A stretch of DNA of 35,716 bases, from the NCBI GenBank assembly GCA_026025075.1, contig JAPEUI010000147.1, positions 1 through 35,716 of the forward strand, written 5' to 3'. A program made the translations under genes and the position numbers. A model generated the notes under the pieces. That model saw only the letters and a list, made by a program, of their open reading frames with translations, did no database searches and was not told the origin of the DNA. Below, piece by piece: positions 1 through 10,775 of this stretch. Within the stretch, counting starts at the first letter, position 1, and every line of letters starts with the position of its first letter. This DNA is from Vezdaea acicularis (Eukaryota).

Positions 1-52
1 AGTTTCCTTATATGCAGTGATAAGGAATCAATGCACCAGAGCCTCTTGCCCT

Positions 53-776
53 CTATGCTTTTTTACTGAAGTCGCTCGCTTGCAGATTTCTTGTCATTGA
101 GGGTAATCGAACCCTTAGACCGTCTAAATCTGGGGTCATCTTGACCTGACAACCTAACCTCGAAGTCTCCCTTAGTCCAAATGCAAGGTCGAGCATATCA
201 TTTTCGTCGTCATCAGGTTCTGGTAACTTGTCGTACATTTCTGGGTCTTCAACGATGACATGACATGTCGAACATGCACATGAACCACCGCAAGCACCTA
301 GAAGCCACATCAGACTATTATTCAAGAGGAATAGCAGGCTTCAGTTACCCTCCATCTCTATATCGTTGTCTTGAGATATGTCCAGTATGTTGTCACCCTT
401 GGCCACTTCAAAGTGGTGTTCGTCGCCCTCTTTGTCAATTATTGTGATGTGTAGTCTGGAAATGGCCGATTGTGTCAGGAACTGCATTGAAGACCTTTAT
501 CTGAGCCTCAAGCGCTTTGGATACTTACTCTTCGCCCGGTTTAGGTGGCGTTAAATGGTTATGTAATGTTGATCTTGACACTGAGAATCTCCGCCTTGTT
601 CGAGCAAAACTTGACGGCTTTCTTATAATTTCCATGCCTATCCTGGCCGTACATAGGGAGCTTCTCATCCAAGCAGCTCTTGCGAAAGTAGCTTCGCTCG
701 AGTAATGCCGTATTGAGCAAGGATAGGAGATTACCCTCTGCCTCTGGGCTATGGCCCTCACGCATTTGGCTGACAT
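53..776 (-). CDS. YAH1: Mitochondrial [2Fe-2S] ferredoxin (adrenodoxin-type); exons 776-529, 455-349, 297-53
   Basis: The spliced product contains EMEGACGGSCACSTCHV and ETSRLGCQ, the adrenodoxin cluster motifs. It has an Arg/Ser-rich N-terminal presequence. GT-AG introns 528-456 and 348-298 restore the frame. Confidence 0.95.
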
Positions 777-1035
777 GGCTTCATAGTGAATTGCATTTCG
801 ATAATAGGCAACATACGTTGCCATAAGAACCTCTCCTTTGCAGACTGGGATCGATCCCTGATTGTATAAATAATATCGGGTGTCAGGAACTAAAACTACA
901 TGACGAGCTAAAACTTTTTCGATGCCTCGGTTAGCCAATGCAAGATCATCGCGATTAGATTAAGCTTGACCTTCCTATCATCTGCCCCGGTTGACAGTCC
1001 CGGCGGGAGATCATCATAACGGGCCATCTCACAGC

Positions 1036-2511
1036 ATGACATCTCCACTAGAGGGGCCAAACCCTTTACGGCCCTACTATGTTCCCCCCCGCATTGGCGA
1101 CCCACTAAGCATTGCCTCCGCAAATGTCACGAAACCCGGCCCAAACTCGACATCCACATCAACTCCAATTTCCTCGAATATCTCATCTTTTTCTATACTT
1201 CCAGATCTGGACTACAGCGGCTACGTGTCTGATGGCTCTCCTTCTGTAATAGAAGTATTTAAAGGTCTACTCGACGAGGCTTTGTGGAAATACACAAGCA
1301 TCCTACTAGCGCATCCTTTCGACGTTGCGAAAACTATCCTACAGGTCTACAATGAGAATGCTGTAAAAGACGGGGCAGCAAGAGGACATGTCAAAGCCAC
1401 GTTCGATGAAGACGTCTTTACGCAAGTGAGTGTGCCTCCCTAAAAAATATTCAGGCCTTCAAACTTATCTCTACAGGCACCTTCAGATTCCGACCCTGAT
1501 GAACTGACGTACTTTACCTCGACTACGCCTCATTCCCTCTCCTACCGCCCGCCATCCAGTCTCCGTACGACAAGTCGCAGTAATCGAGCACCAAGTCCCC
1601 CACCAACAAGCCCTCATACCCTCAGTATCCCTACCCCAGCCATACTCCAGGTCATCTCCCAACTCTGGACGCACTCAGGCGCCTTTGGGGTCTGGGCTGG
1701 CGCAAATACGTCCTTCGTTCACAGTATCTTGACGCGAACACTAACACCTTTCTTTTCTTCGCTCTTGTCCGCTCTATTCGCCCTCCCTTCTTCAAGTACC
1801 ACTTTACCCTTATCTGCAACCGGCGCCAGTCCCTCACTCATCGATGCAGCATATCCCTTTGCCACTCTTAGCATCGCCATTGCTGCTGCAGGTCTTGTCG
1901 CAGTCATAACAGCGCCAATCGATATAGTACGCACACGGCTAATGCTTACTCCCCCCTCGCACCCTCCGCGCTCGCTGTTACGGAGTCTTCTCGCACTGCC
2001 AAGCTGGTCCTGCCCAATTAATTTGCTTGTTCCAACCATGCTACATGCTGCGCTTCCGGCGATAATTACTACCGGTACGCCCCTTGTAGTCAAAGGGAAG
2101 ATGGGGATAAATCCTTCAGCACAGCCAATTACCTACGGAGCACTGGTAAGTGCAGCGAGCGTCATTGAACTGATATGTGTGCGGCTGCCGTTAGAGACTG
2201 TGTTGAGGAGAGGGCAGGTTGCATATGGATTTGGTGGTCCTGGTGATATTGGAGAGACGACCGTACCGGTTGGAGCGTATAGGGGGGTGGTGGGGACAAT
2301 GTGGTCGATAGCTAGAGAAGAAGGATGGAGGAGCGGTGAGGAGGAAGTTGTAGTTGGGGGTAAGAAGGTGGGGAAGAAAGGGGTCGGCAGAAGAAAGCGA
2401 GGCCAGGGGATCGAGGGATTACTTAGAGGATGGCGAGTCGGTATATGGGGTTTGGTAGGGGTGTGGGGTGCAAATGTGTTAGGTGGAGCTGGAAAAGGGG
2501 GAGAATTTTGA
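1036..2511 (+). CDS. UGO1: Mitochondrial outer-membrane fusion protein Ugo1 (carrier-like); exons 1036-1425, 1477-2511
   Basis: The N-terminus EGPNPLRPYYVPP and carrier-like motifs HPFDVAKT, APIDIVRTRL and LPLETVLRR match Ugo1, as does the C-terminal GLLRGWRVGIWGLVGVWG. A GT-AG intron at 1426-1476 joins the two ORFs in frame. Confidence 0.88.
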
Positions 2512-2954
2512 GGGCATCTAGTTTATGCTGAAGGTCTTCTCGCGGCGTCTGGTATTTTGGGAAGGAGAAATCTCTACTCATGGCAACAACTCCGATCTGC
2601 CATGTATGTTCCATGTTATCAAGAGAACAAGGGTCTTGATAATATCGACTATACCAAGCGGTTTCTTCATTCACATGGTTCAGACATTGTTCGAGTTGCA
2701 ACATAGCATACTTTTTGACAGTATTGATTTTTTGTTATAACCGGAAGTTTTCGACAGGGACCGGATTATTCGATATACATCTGATGAATTCCCAGCTCTG
2801 TTACAATTACTCTTTGAATAGCAACAAAGCTTTAGCTAGTCATACCACTTAAGTGAATATCAAGCCATTCAGAGACGGGAATATACATTTCTGATCACCG
2901 TACCCCACCATCATCCGGGATTCAGGACTAGCACTTATAGGATTCGATAATACT

Positions 2955-4517
2955 TTACTCACCCCTTCCGAACCTACGATCAAACAACTTCAATACCCCC
3001 ATAACGCTTGCTGCCTCAATTTCCATCGGCGATCTATCCCCTGACCGTGGTGGCCTAGTCTTCAGTTTCCCCATCCAACTTCCCAGCTCATCGCTCGCTG
3101 CCTCGTAACCTGGATGGCGCGAAAGGACCGTGTAGGCATCTGCACAGGACAGCGACATCGATAGCTCTGTCTGAGCTCCTTGCGGTTGGCCAGTAGTAGG
3201 AACAGCTCCTGCAGACTGACAGCAGCCTCGGGCTAGCCCGCTTCCGCCGCCGCAGCAGCCGACTTCCGTGCTATCAGACATCTTTTGGCTTGCGGCGAGC
3301 GATTTGCAGAAGAGGGTGCTCTGTGGGTCAGCAATGCATTGTGTACAGCTTCCTGGCTTTCCGTTGCACGTGTTACCCACATCTTGTGGGCCTTCGTTTC
3401 TGAGAGGTAGAAGAACTGATCTGCTGCTTCCAATCGCGACATCACCCTCTGAGGGAGGCGGCGTGGAGAGGCTCAGTACAGAAGCCAGTGCGTTCGATTG
3501 CCTATGACTAGACTCATTTGCCGGGTTTTGTGGGAGGCTGTTTGATTCTATTTCGGCACACATGCAGGGTGTGCCATCTTTGCAGAAACCACAGCGATCA
3601 GCATCATTGATAGGGGATGCTACGGCCGAGGTCGGATCTTCGATTGTTGGTTGATAGGGTAGTGCTTGAGACGTAGGAAATGCATTCGTGAAATCAGTCT
3701 CGAGTAACTCGAGGTCCTGCTTCATAGTTTTCCGAGGACGCTTCTTAGTGGTAGATGAGAGAGGCGAGGGGTTGCGTTTCATGGCTTCGGTATTGGCAGG
3801 CACTGGGTCCATAGCGGGGAACAAATTAAGAGCCTGCTCAACACACGCACAACGACTGGTACTTGTGCAGCTGCCACAGCCCATGAGGACTTCTTCCTCA
3901 CCAATGAAAGATCGATCATCCATACGTTGATTCTTTGGTAAAGAGTCAGATCCTAGGCGTTCTCGAAGAAGTGGAACGGCACCAGTGTTTGTATGGTTGC
4001 GAACCAGTTGATCCTCCACCCGTGAATGGACATTATGTTGCTTTTGTTCGTAAAGGTCGTGCTCAAGTTTCTGACAACGTTCGCGCCATTCCAATACTTG
4101 GCTTCGAAAAGTCTGTACGTCATTCTCTAAACTTGAGATGCGTAATTTGAGCTCATTCTGTTCCTGATCCTCTTTCTCTTCAATCTCCTTGATTTGTTCT
4201 TCCAACTCTCCAACTCTAGCAGCTCGTCTCTCGCGAAAGGCTCTTTGCGCAGCCCGATTTTGTGCTTTACGTTTGGTCGGAGGCGTATCGGTTGCTGGCT
4301 TCCTTCCTGGCTTTGGTCGAGGTGGTATTACCCACTCCTTCTGTGTTATTAGGCCGGGACTCGCTGCAGAAGCGATTATTGATTTCTTGATCAAGTCTGG
4401 CTTTATCGCTAGCGATGGGGTAGATGATCGTGATCGTGTCAAAGCAGATGTTGGGGGCGAAGTGGCGTGTAGAGGATGCGTAAGTCGTGGAGAGGACATC
4501 GCGAGAGACTGAGGCAT
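2955..4517 (-). CDS. hapX: Iron-responsive bZIP transcription factor HapX
   Basis: A Hap4-like motif (KEWVIPPRPKPGRKP) is followed by a bZIP basic region (KRKAQNRAAQRAFRERR). Cys-rich regions are CGSCTSTSRCAC, CGFCKDGTPCMC, CNGKPGSCTQC and GCCGG..GCC. The C-terminus is EIEAASVMGVLKLFDRRF. Confidence 0.95.
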   Translation of the reverse strand: MPQSLAMSSPRLTHPLHATSPPTSALTRSRSSTPSLAIKPDLIKKSIIASAASPGLITQKEWVIPPRPKPGRKPATDTPPTKRKAQNRAAQRAFRERRAARVGELEEQIKEIEEKEDQEQNELKLRISSLENDVQTFRSQVLEWRERCQKLEHDLYEQKQHNVHSRVEDQLVRNHTNTGAVPLLRERLGSDSLPKNQRMDDRSFIGEEEVLMGCGSCTSTSRCACVEQALNLFPAMDPVPANTEAMKRNPSPLSSTTKKRPRKTMKQDLELLETDFTNAFPTSQALPYQPTIEDPTSAVASPINDADRCGFCKDGTPCMCAEIESNSLPQNPANESSHRQSNALASVLSLSTPPPSEGDVAIGSSRSVLLPLRNEGPQDVGNTCNGKPGSCTQCIADPQSTLFCKSLAASQKMSDSTEVGCCGGGSGLARGCCQSAGAVPTTGQPQGAQTELSMSLSCADAYTVLSRHPGYEAASDELGSWMGKLKTRPPRSGDRSPMEIEAASVMGVLKLFDRRFGRGE

Positions 4518-4815
4518 GCTTAATGCGGATAAAGCAATCTAAGGATGTTGATGAGTGGATTTTACAAGTTGATATTGATCATAGGGACGCCCTCAATTGA
4601 CTTCCGGTGCAACCGTCATCGACTCGGCAAGCACGATGTCACCAATTCTTGCGATTATCCAGATCAGCTTTGATAAGGACGCAATTTTGGTGGTCGTTAG
4701 CATGCGGAAATCAAAGCAGATCTTGTCTAGCGCACTTCTGACCATGCGTACGCGTTCTCGAGCTCGCGGGTATATGTCGCTGCTTAATTCGTTGTGGGAA
4801 AAAAGGTGATCAAAG

Positions 4816-4840
4816 ATCTGATAATTTAAAGTTATCTGAT
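4816..4840. promoter_or_regulatory. Two inverted SreA-type extended GATA motifs (ATCWGATAA) upstream of hapX
   Basis: ATCTGATAA lies at 4816-4824 (+). TTATCTGAT at 4832-4840 reads ATCAGATAA on the minus strand. Both are ~300 bp upstream of the hapX ATG. Confidence 0.75.
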
Positions 4841-5203
4841 CACGCTAAGTAACTTATGGCGCATAAGCGACCGTTCTCCCACAACGAAATGCCACAGGCT
4901 TAAAAGCACAGGATGTCCCCACGAGGCCGCGTGCAAGGCTAAGTGCTTCATTCGCCAAAGAGAGCAGAAATGCAATATTCCCCATCTCATATCAAGAAGA
5001 GTTATCATGAGATTGCCAATGGTCTTGGAATTGTTGAAAGGAATACACAACTAGAGTAAAATTGTCCACTGCTGATTTCGGCCAATGGAAACATTCACCC
5101 ATGCCAAGATCTGCGGTTCGAACAATTAATGTCTAGCGGGGCACCTCCAGCCAACTTCTCGAACTGCTGATCGAAATTCTAACGATTACGCCAGCCTGTC
5201 AGC

Positions 5204-6128
5204 ATGACTAATTTCTATGTGAGATCTCTTTTCTTCTCTAGACAGTGCGCAATCTCACAATGCGCAGTTCGGGGGCTCATCCTCCGACGATGATATTTCA
5301 GATATAGATAGTCTTCCCTATCCCGCCCCGCTGTCGAGACCTTCATTCCTGACACCAAGCTTCGATCCTACTACTTACTTGAGCTCACTTCGAAATCGCC
5401 ATCAAACTCTAGAGGATCTTCGCTCAGACCTTCGCACGCGTTCTCAGGAACTATCGAAAGAATTACTCGATCTTGTGAATAGGAACTATCAGGATTTTCT
5501 CAATCTGGGTGGCAGCCTGAGAGGTGGAGAAGAGAAAGTGGAGGAGGTTCGTGTTGGCCTCTTAGGATTCCGCCGAGAAATTGAGGGTATCAATAGCAAT
5601 GTGAAACGACGGCGGAGAGAGGTTGATGGCCTCGTGGGGGAGCGGAAGGGTTTAAGAAACCAAATTGAAGTCGCTAGGAGTCTCTTAAGGGTAGAGAGCC
5701 GACTGGAGGAATTAGAGCAAAGGTTGATGGTTAGTAACCATGAAAAAAGAACAGGAGGATCAAACAATTCAGATGTGGATTTTTCCGATAGCGAGGAGAG
5801 CTCCAGTAATGAAGATGATTATCTTGAAAGCGCAGTCGGTGGAGCGACTTGGATATCTATCAGGAGAACAAGACGGCTCGTACAGTTATATATGAGTCTC
5901 AAACAGCTCACTAGAAGGATCGGAATGGATCACCCTTATATCATTGCACAGCAGCCTCGCATGTTCCAAATCGAAAGTACGTTGTTACTCGATCTAAGCA
6001 CTTCGCTAAGGCAAGCCCTCTCTGCGAAGACTATGGGACAAGCTAGCCTCATCCGAGTGCTGAGTGTCTACCGGGACATGGACGAATCAAAGGAGGCATT
6101 GAAGGTATTGCGGGAGGTGAAGCTATGA
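5204..6128 (+). CDS. COG2: Conserved oligomeric Golgi complex subunit 2; exons 5204-5218, 5268-6128
   Basis: LPYPAPLSRPSFLTPSFDPTTYLSSLRNRHQTLEDLRSDLR...LLDLVNRNYQDFLNLG matches the COG2 N-terminal domain. A 5-codon first exon is followed by GT-AG intron 5219-5267, which keeps the frame. Confidence 0.85.
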
Positions 6129-6225
6129 CCATTGCATAGCGGGGATTTATATGCACAGCGTCCGACGCTACAGAAAACTTGAAGCCAGAAATGATTAAAC
6201 TGTATTTTTGGGATGCCTGCCTGCG

Positions 6226-7232
6226 CTATAAGGTCGATAGCTCCCTGACTGGTGGTGATAGAGGACTTGCGAAATTGCCATTCAGGGAGAAGCCTGGCGA
6301 GTTGGTAGAACTCAATACCTAAAGTGCGAATGGTCAGTAGGTTGAATATCAAGTGACTTATGCAGACACTCACTACTTCATGGATTGACTTATCAATTTG
6401 ATCGCTTAGCCTCCCTAGATCCTTCTTCAAGGCATCTATGAATGCTTTTATGTTTCTCTGCATCTCTTCGGGGGTGAAACCTAGCTGGCCCACAGGCATT
6501 CTCACCACCCCTACACGCTCTCTATAGTCGCTCCCGCCGATCATGTCCTTGACGGTGTTTGCAACATCCTCGACCACAGTTCCAGTCTTCGCGCTTGGAA
6601 GAAGGCCTTTAGGTCCGAGTATTCGCCCCAGACCAGCTTTCGATAATTTAGCCAGGGAATCAACATGACAAATGCACCTGTCAAACTCAACGCGGCCGGC
6701 TTTCACAGCGTCAAAGATCTCATCCTCCCCAACAAGTATAGCTCCTGCCTTCATGGCAGATTCTGCGGCCTTAGAACCGGGGGGACATATAACACAAATG
6801 CGACTATCTGTTTTCACTGGATGAGGGAGCCTTAATCGATTTCGAACAACGGGGCCGTTCTTTTTACTGCGCAGCTTGATATGCATCTCATATTTAGATG
6901 AATTTGGCGGGCGTCCGACCTCGAATGCGCGGATATACCTATATCCTCAATTAACCTACTTCTAGAATCGAAACATGCACGACATCATACCTCATGGCAT
7001 CACATAATGAGAATTGCTCCGCATCCTTGAGGTCATGGAGCACGAATGTGTCTCTCTGCTTCCGCTTGCTTTTCGGGGCATCGGGTTTTTTCGCTCTCTG
7101 AGGGTTCGAAGATTGGTGCCGCTGTTGTGGGAATGGATTGAGGAAGCGCACCGATGATCTGAGAGTAGGCCGAGAAAGATGAACGGCCCTGACTATGCTC
7201 AGCTGAGCTATCAGCAGCTTCGTGTAAGCCAT
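6226..7232 (-). CDS. MRPL1: Mitochondrial ribosomal protein L1 (uL1m); exons 7232-6991, 6938-6374, 6318-6226
   Basis: uL1 motifs are present: [25 protein letters not shown] and [10 protein letters not shown]. The N-terminus is presequence-like and two GT-AG introns join the exons in frame. Confidence 0.9.
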
Positions 7233-7388
7233 GAAAATGCTCTCATATTCTCCGCGTTCGCGTAAAAAGCCGATGAATGGAAAGCGCTTACGTAATTTCA
7301 ACATTTTATTGACGCGATTTCAATCTGTCCCAAAATCTATCATGATAACGGAATTGGATGATAACAGATAGGTGTCACTTTATTCCAA

Positions 7389-9631
7389 ATGGCTCTCACA
7401 ATATCGAGTAAAGCGGATCAAGCTAAGACGCTACCGGTTCTGCTTGCGGCAACCCTCGTCAGCCAAACCATACCGGAGGCCATCTCAGCAGTACACTATG
7501 TGGATAATGATGATGTGGGTGGCGGAACTGCTATCAAACATGAAAGCTCTGAGGGGAAAGTTACTTCCAAAGAGGTAAAGATCTTAAGGTTGTACCTAGA
7601 ACTATTTTCTTCTAATTTAAGCAAAGAAATGTTTCATGAGGTATGTCACACTGTGCAAACTGCACCTGATGTTAAGTTACTTCTGCTTGCAGCCTTATGC
7701 TAATTGCATAAATAGGAGATTTCCTGGCTAACCCAATCCACGAACTTGGCCTCGGGAGATTTCAAGACTCTTGAACCACATCTTCTAGATCTTGACAAAC
7801 GTCTTACACTCCGGACCCACCTCAATGGATATAGTACGACGGTCGCTGAGGTTGCTATCTGGGGGACACTACGTGGAAATCGGATTACATACGCCTACAT
7901 CAAAAAAAATCACATGATCAATGTTGGAAGATGGTTTCGCCACGTGGAAGAGATCAATCCGTGGATCTCATCTAGCTTGGAAGCTCTCAATGCTCGCGGA
8001 AAAGAGAAGAAGGCTGCGCAGGGGAAGGCTGGCGCAAGTTATGACATAGCACTGCCTGATACGGACAAGGGAGTTGTGACCAGGTTTCCCCCGGAGCCTT
8101 CGTAGGTGACTTGCATCTCAAAGTCAGCAGATGCTAATTTCCTTTCAGAGGTTATCTGCACATCGGCCACATGAAAGCCGCGCTGCTCAATGATTACTTT
8201 GCACACGAAAAATATAAAGGAACGCTACTCGTGCGTTTTGATGATACCAACCCTTCCAAAGAAAAAGAAGAGTTTCAGGATGCCATCATCGAGGATCTCG
8301 CGCTCATAGGAGTAAAGCCTGATAAGACCAGCTTCACGAGTGACTATTTCGACGAGCTTTACGATTATTGCGTACGGATGATCAAGGAGGGCAATGCATA
8401 TGCTGACGATACGGATCAAGAGACGATGCGAGAGCAAAGGTTCAACGGCATACCTAGCATACGGAGAGATAGACCGGTTGAAGAAAGCTTGGAAGTCCTA
8501 AGTGAAATGATAAAAGGATCAGAAGAAGGGCTCAAAGCCTGTGTTAGAGCTAAAATCTCCGCGGATAATCCAAATAAAGCTATGCGGGATCCAGTTATCT
8601 ACAGATGTAATCCCCTACCGCATCATAGGACAGGGTCGAAGTGGAAGGCATATCCAACGTACGACTTCTGTTGCCCAATTGTTGATAGTATGGAAGGGGT
8701 AACGCACGCTCTCAGGACTAACGAGTATCGGGATCGTAATCCACAGTACGAGTGGATGCTCGATGCTCTAAAACTCCGGAAAGTGCATATCTGGGATTTC
8801 TCACGCATGAACTTCATACGGACACTACTTTCCAAACGTAAATTAACAAAATTCGTCGACCAAGGAGTTGTATGGGGATGGGATGATCCTCGATTTCCAA
8901 CAGTCCGAGGCATTCGCAGGCGCGGTATGACCATTCCTGCTCTCAGAGAATTTATTCTCAAGCAAGGCCCTAGTCGAAACATCGTAAATCTCGACTGGAC
9001 TATATTTTGGGCGACCAATAAAAAGTACATAGATCCTATATCACCACGATACACGGCTGTCTTAAAAGACGGCGCTGTCAAGACTAACGTTATAGGAGCA
9101 AAACACACGCCATACACGGAAGAAAAACCTTGTCATGGAAAAAATGCTCAGTTAGGAAAAAAAAGGGTTGCATACAGCAAATCTATTCTAATTGACCAGG
9201 AAGACGCAGCATCATTCAAGGTTGGTGAAGAGATAACACTGATGAATTGGGGAAACGCTTTCGTTCGAAGCAAGTCAAGCTCTCCGGTCACAACAATGGA
9301 CCTTGAACTCCATCTCGATGGAGACGTTAAGAAGACCGAAAAAAAGGTGACCTGGTTGTCTGTAGATGGTCAGAATCTGGTTTCAGTAGAACTTGTGGAC
9401 TTCGACTTCCTCATTACCAAGGATAAACTAGAAGAGGATGACAATGTCGAGGATTTCTTGAACCCGAAGACGGAATTTCGCGTTGAGGCATTTGCAGATG
9501 AGAACGTGGCAGGGCTTAAAGCTGACGCCATCATTCAACTTGAGAGAAAGGGATATTACAGAGTAGATAAAGCGCATGCTCCAGGTCAACCAGCTGTCCT
9601 GTTTAACATACCTACTGGGAAGACAAAATAA
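7389..9631 (+). CDS. GUS1: Cytosolic glutamyl-tRNA synthetase; exons 7389-7640, 7716-8101, 8149-9631
   Basis: TRFPPEPS-GYLHIGH is joined across intron 8102-8148. RFDDTNP, LLSKRKL and GWDDPRFPT are present, with an N-terminal GST-like domain. Confidence 0.95.
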
Positions 9632-9739
9632 ACCTGAGGTAATTCAGTGCCGTGTTTCACGCCATTCGAAACATCTTCATTATAGTTCTATGACGCATTT
9701 TCCGTGACACATTAGACGTACTGAGATGCGGTGATCGAT

Positions 9740-10585
9740 TTAAGCTTCTTCTAAAACACTACTGTCCAGTTTTCCTACTCCACCTCCCGCAACAAGCTCC
9801 AGGAATCCTCTTTTGCTCATCTTTGTCACCTCTTCCTCGCTCCTCTTTGCCCCAACTACACCTTGAGCCCTAACCTCTCGAGCAGCCTGTTCTCCTTTGA
9901 CTTGCGCTGCCCTAACAGCGTTGAACAGCTTGATCACACCGCGTTGCGCCGTCTTCCTCAACCTTTTCTCCATCTCCAGGATCTCCCCCACAGACTCGCG
10001 TTCTTCTGCCAAGTTGGCATTTTCGAGACCTAGTACGTCCTTAACTCGACCATTCTCCAAAGCAGCCTTCTTCTGCTGCAATATCCTTTGGCGTGCTTTC
10101 GTCTCGAGCTTGGATGAATTCAGCGATTCGGCTGTTTGAAGGGCCGCCGCTGAACGGGACAGAACGGGATCGGCGCGCTTTGATGTTGAAAGTTTCGTTG
10201 ATAGAATTTTAGTTATTGATGTAGCGAAAGCGTCTGGATCATTTCGTTTACGCTTCCTCGTTAGGTTTGGATTTGAGTTTACGTCGGAATCGAAATTGGA
10301 ATCGGAATCGGAATTTAGGTCATTGGTGATATTTGTTTTATTGATACCTTTTGTTGTCCTTGCAGAGACCGCTTCATCGCCGAAAAAGTGAGGTCCAAAG
10401 TCTCCGTCTTCGTCCTGTGAACTGGGATCTCTTGTTTTCGATAGGTGAATATTGGATTTCAAACCTGCTGCAGCTTCACTTTCAGACGAGCCGCTATCAT
10501 AATATGCTTGTTTTTTGGGTGAGCGCATCCTCCCGCCCTTTGGCACATCTCCAATTTTCTGCTTCTTCTTATAATGGCCTGCCAT
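9740..10585 (-). CDS. RRP15: Ribosome biogenesis protein Rrp15
   Basis: FATSITKILSTKL...DPVLSRS and EKRLRKTAQRGVIKLFNAVRAAQ...MSKRGFLELV are Rrp15 family motifs. Confidence 0.88.
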   Translation of the reverse strand: MAGHYKKKQKIGDVPKGGRMRSPKKQAYYDSGSSESEAAAGLKSNIHLSKTRDPSSQDEDGDFGPHFFGDEAVSARTTKGINKTNITNDLNSDSDSNFDSDVNSNPNLTRKRKRNDPDAFATSITKILSTKLSTSKRADPVLSRSAAALQTAESLNSSKLETKARQRILQQKKAALENGRVKDVLGLENANLAEERESVGEILEMEKRLRKTAQRGVIKLFNAVRAAQVKGEQAAREVRAQGVVGAKRSEEEVTKMSKRGFLELVAGGGVGKLDSSVLEEA

Positions 10586-10775
10586 AATTGTCTAGGGCTT
10601 TTTGATTGAAGTTTGTTGAGGAAATATTCTAGTCCTCGGCAGAGAAACTTCGAGGTACTTGACATCGCCAGACCGATCGCCCCACCACCCCGCCAACTTA
10701 TGAATTCTACACCTTGTGTCGCAACATATAATACGTTACGGAGAATGCGATAGTGTCAATAAACCTCATGTGAAG

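Noticed and set aside
777..938. N-terminal extension of the ferredoxin ORF from a non-ATG start at 938
   Set aside because: It lies in the bidirectional promoter. The ATG at 776 has good context and begins the presequence.
6068..6373. Apparent overlap of the 272-aa minus ORF with COG2
   Set aside because: It is an artefact of reading through intron 6373-6319. Spliced MRPL1 stops at 6226.
10280..10316. Short gaatcg-type repeats in RRP15
   Set aside because: They simply encode an Asp/Ser/Asn low-complexity linker.
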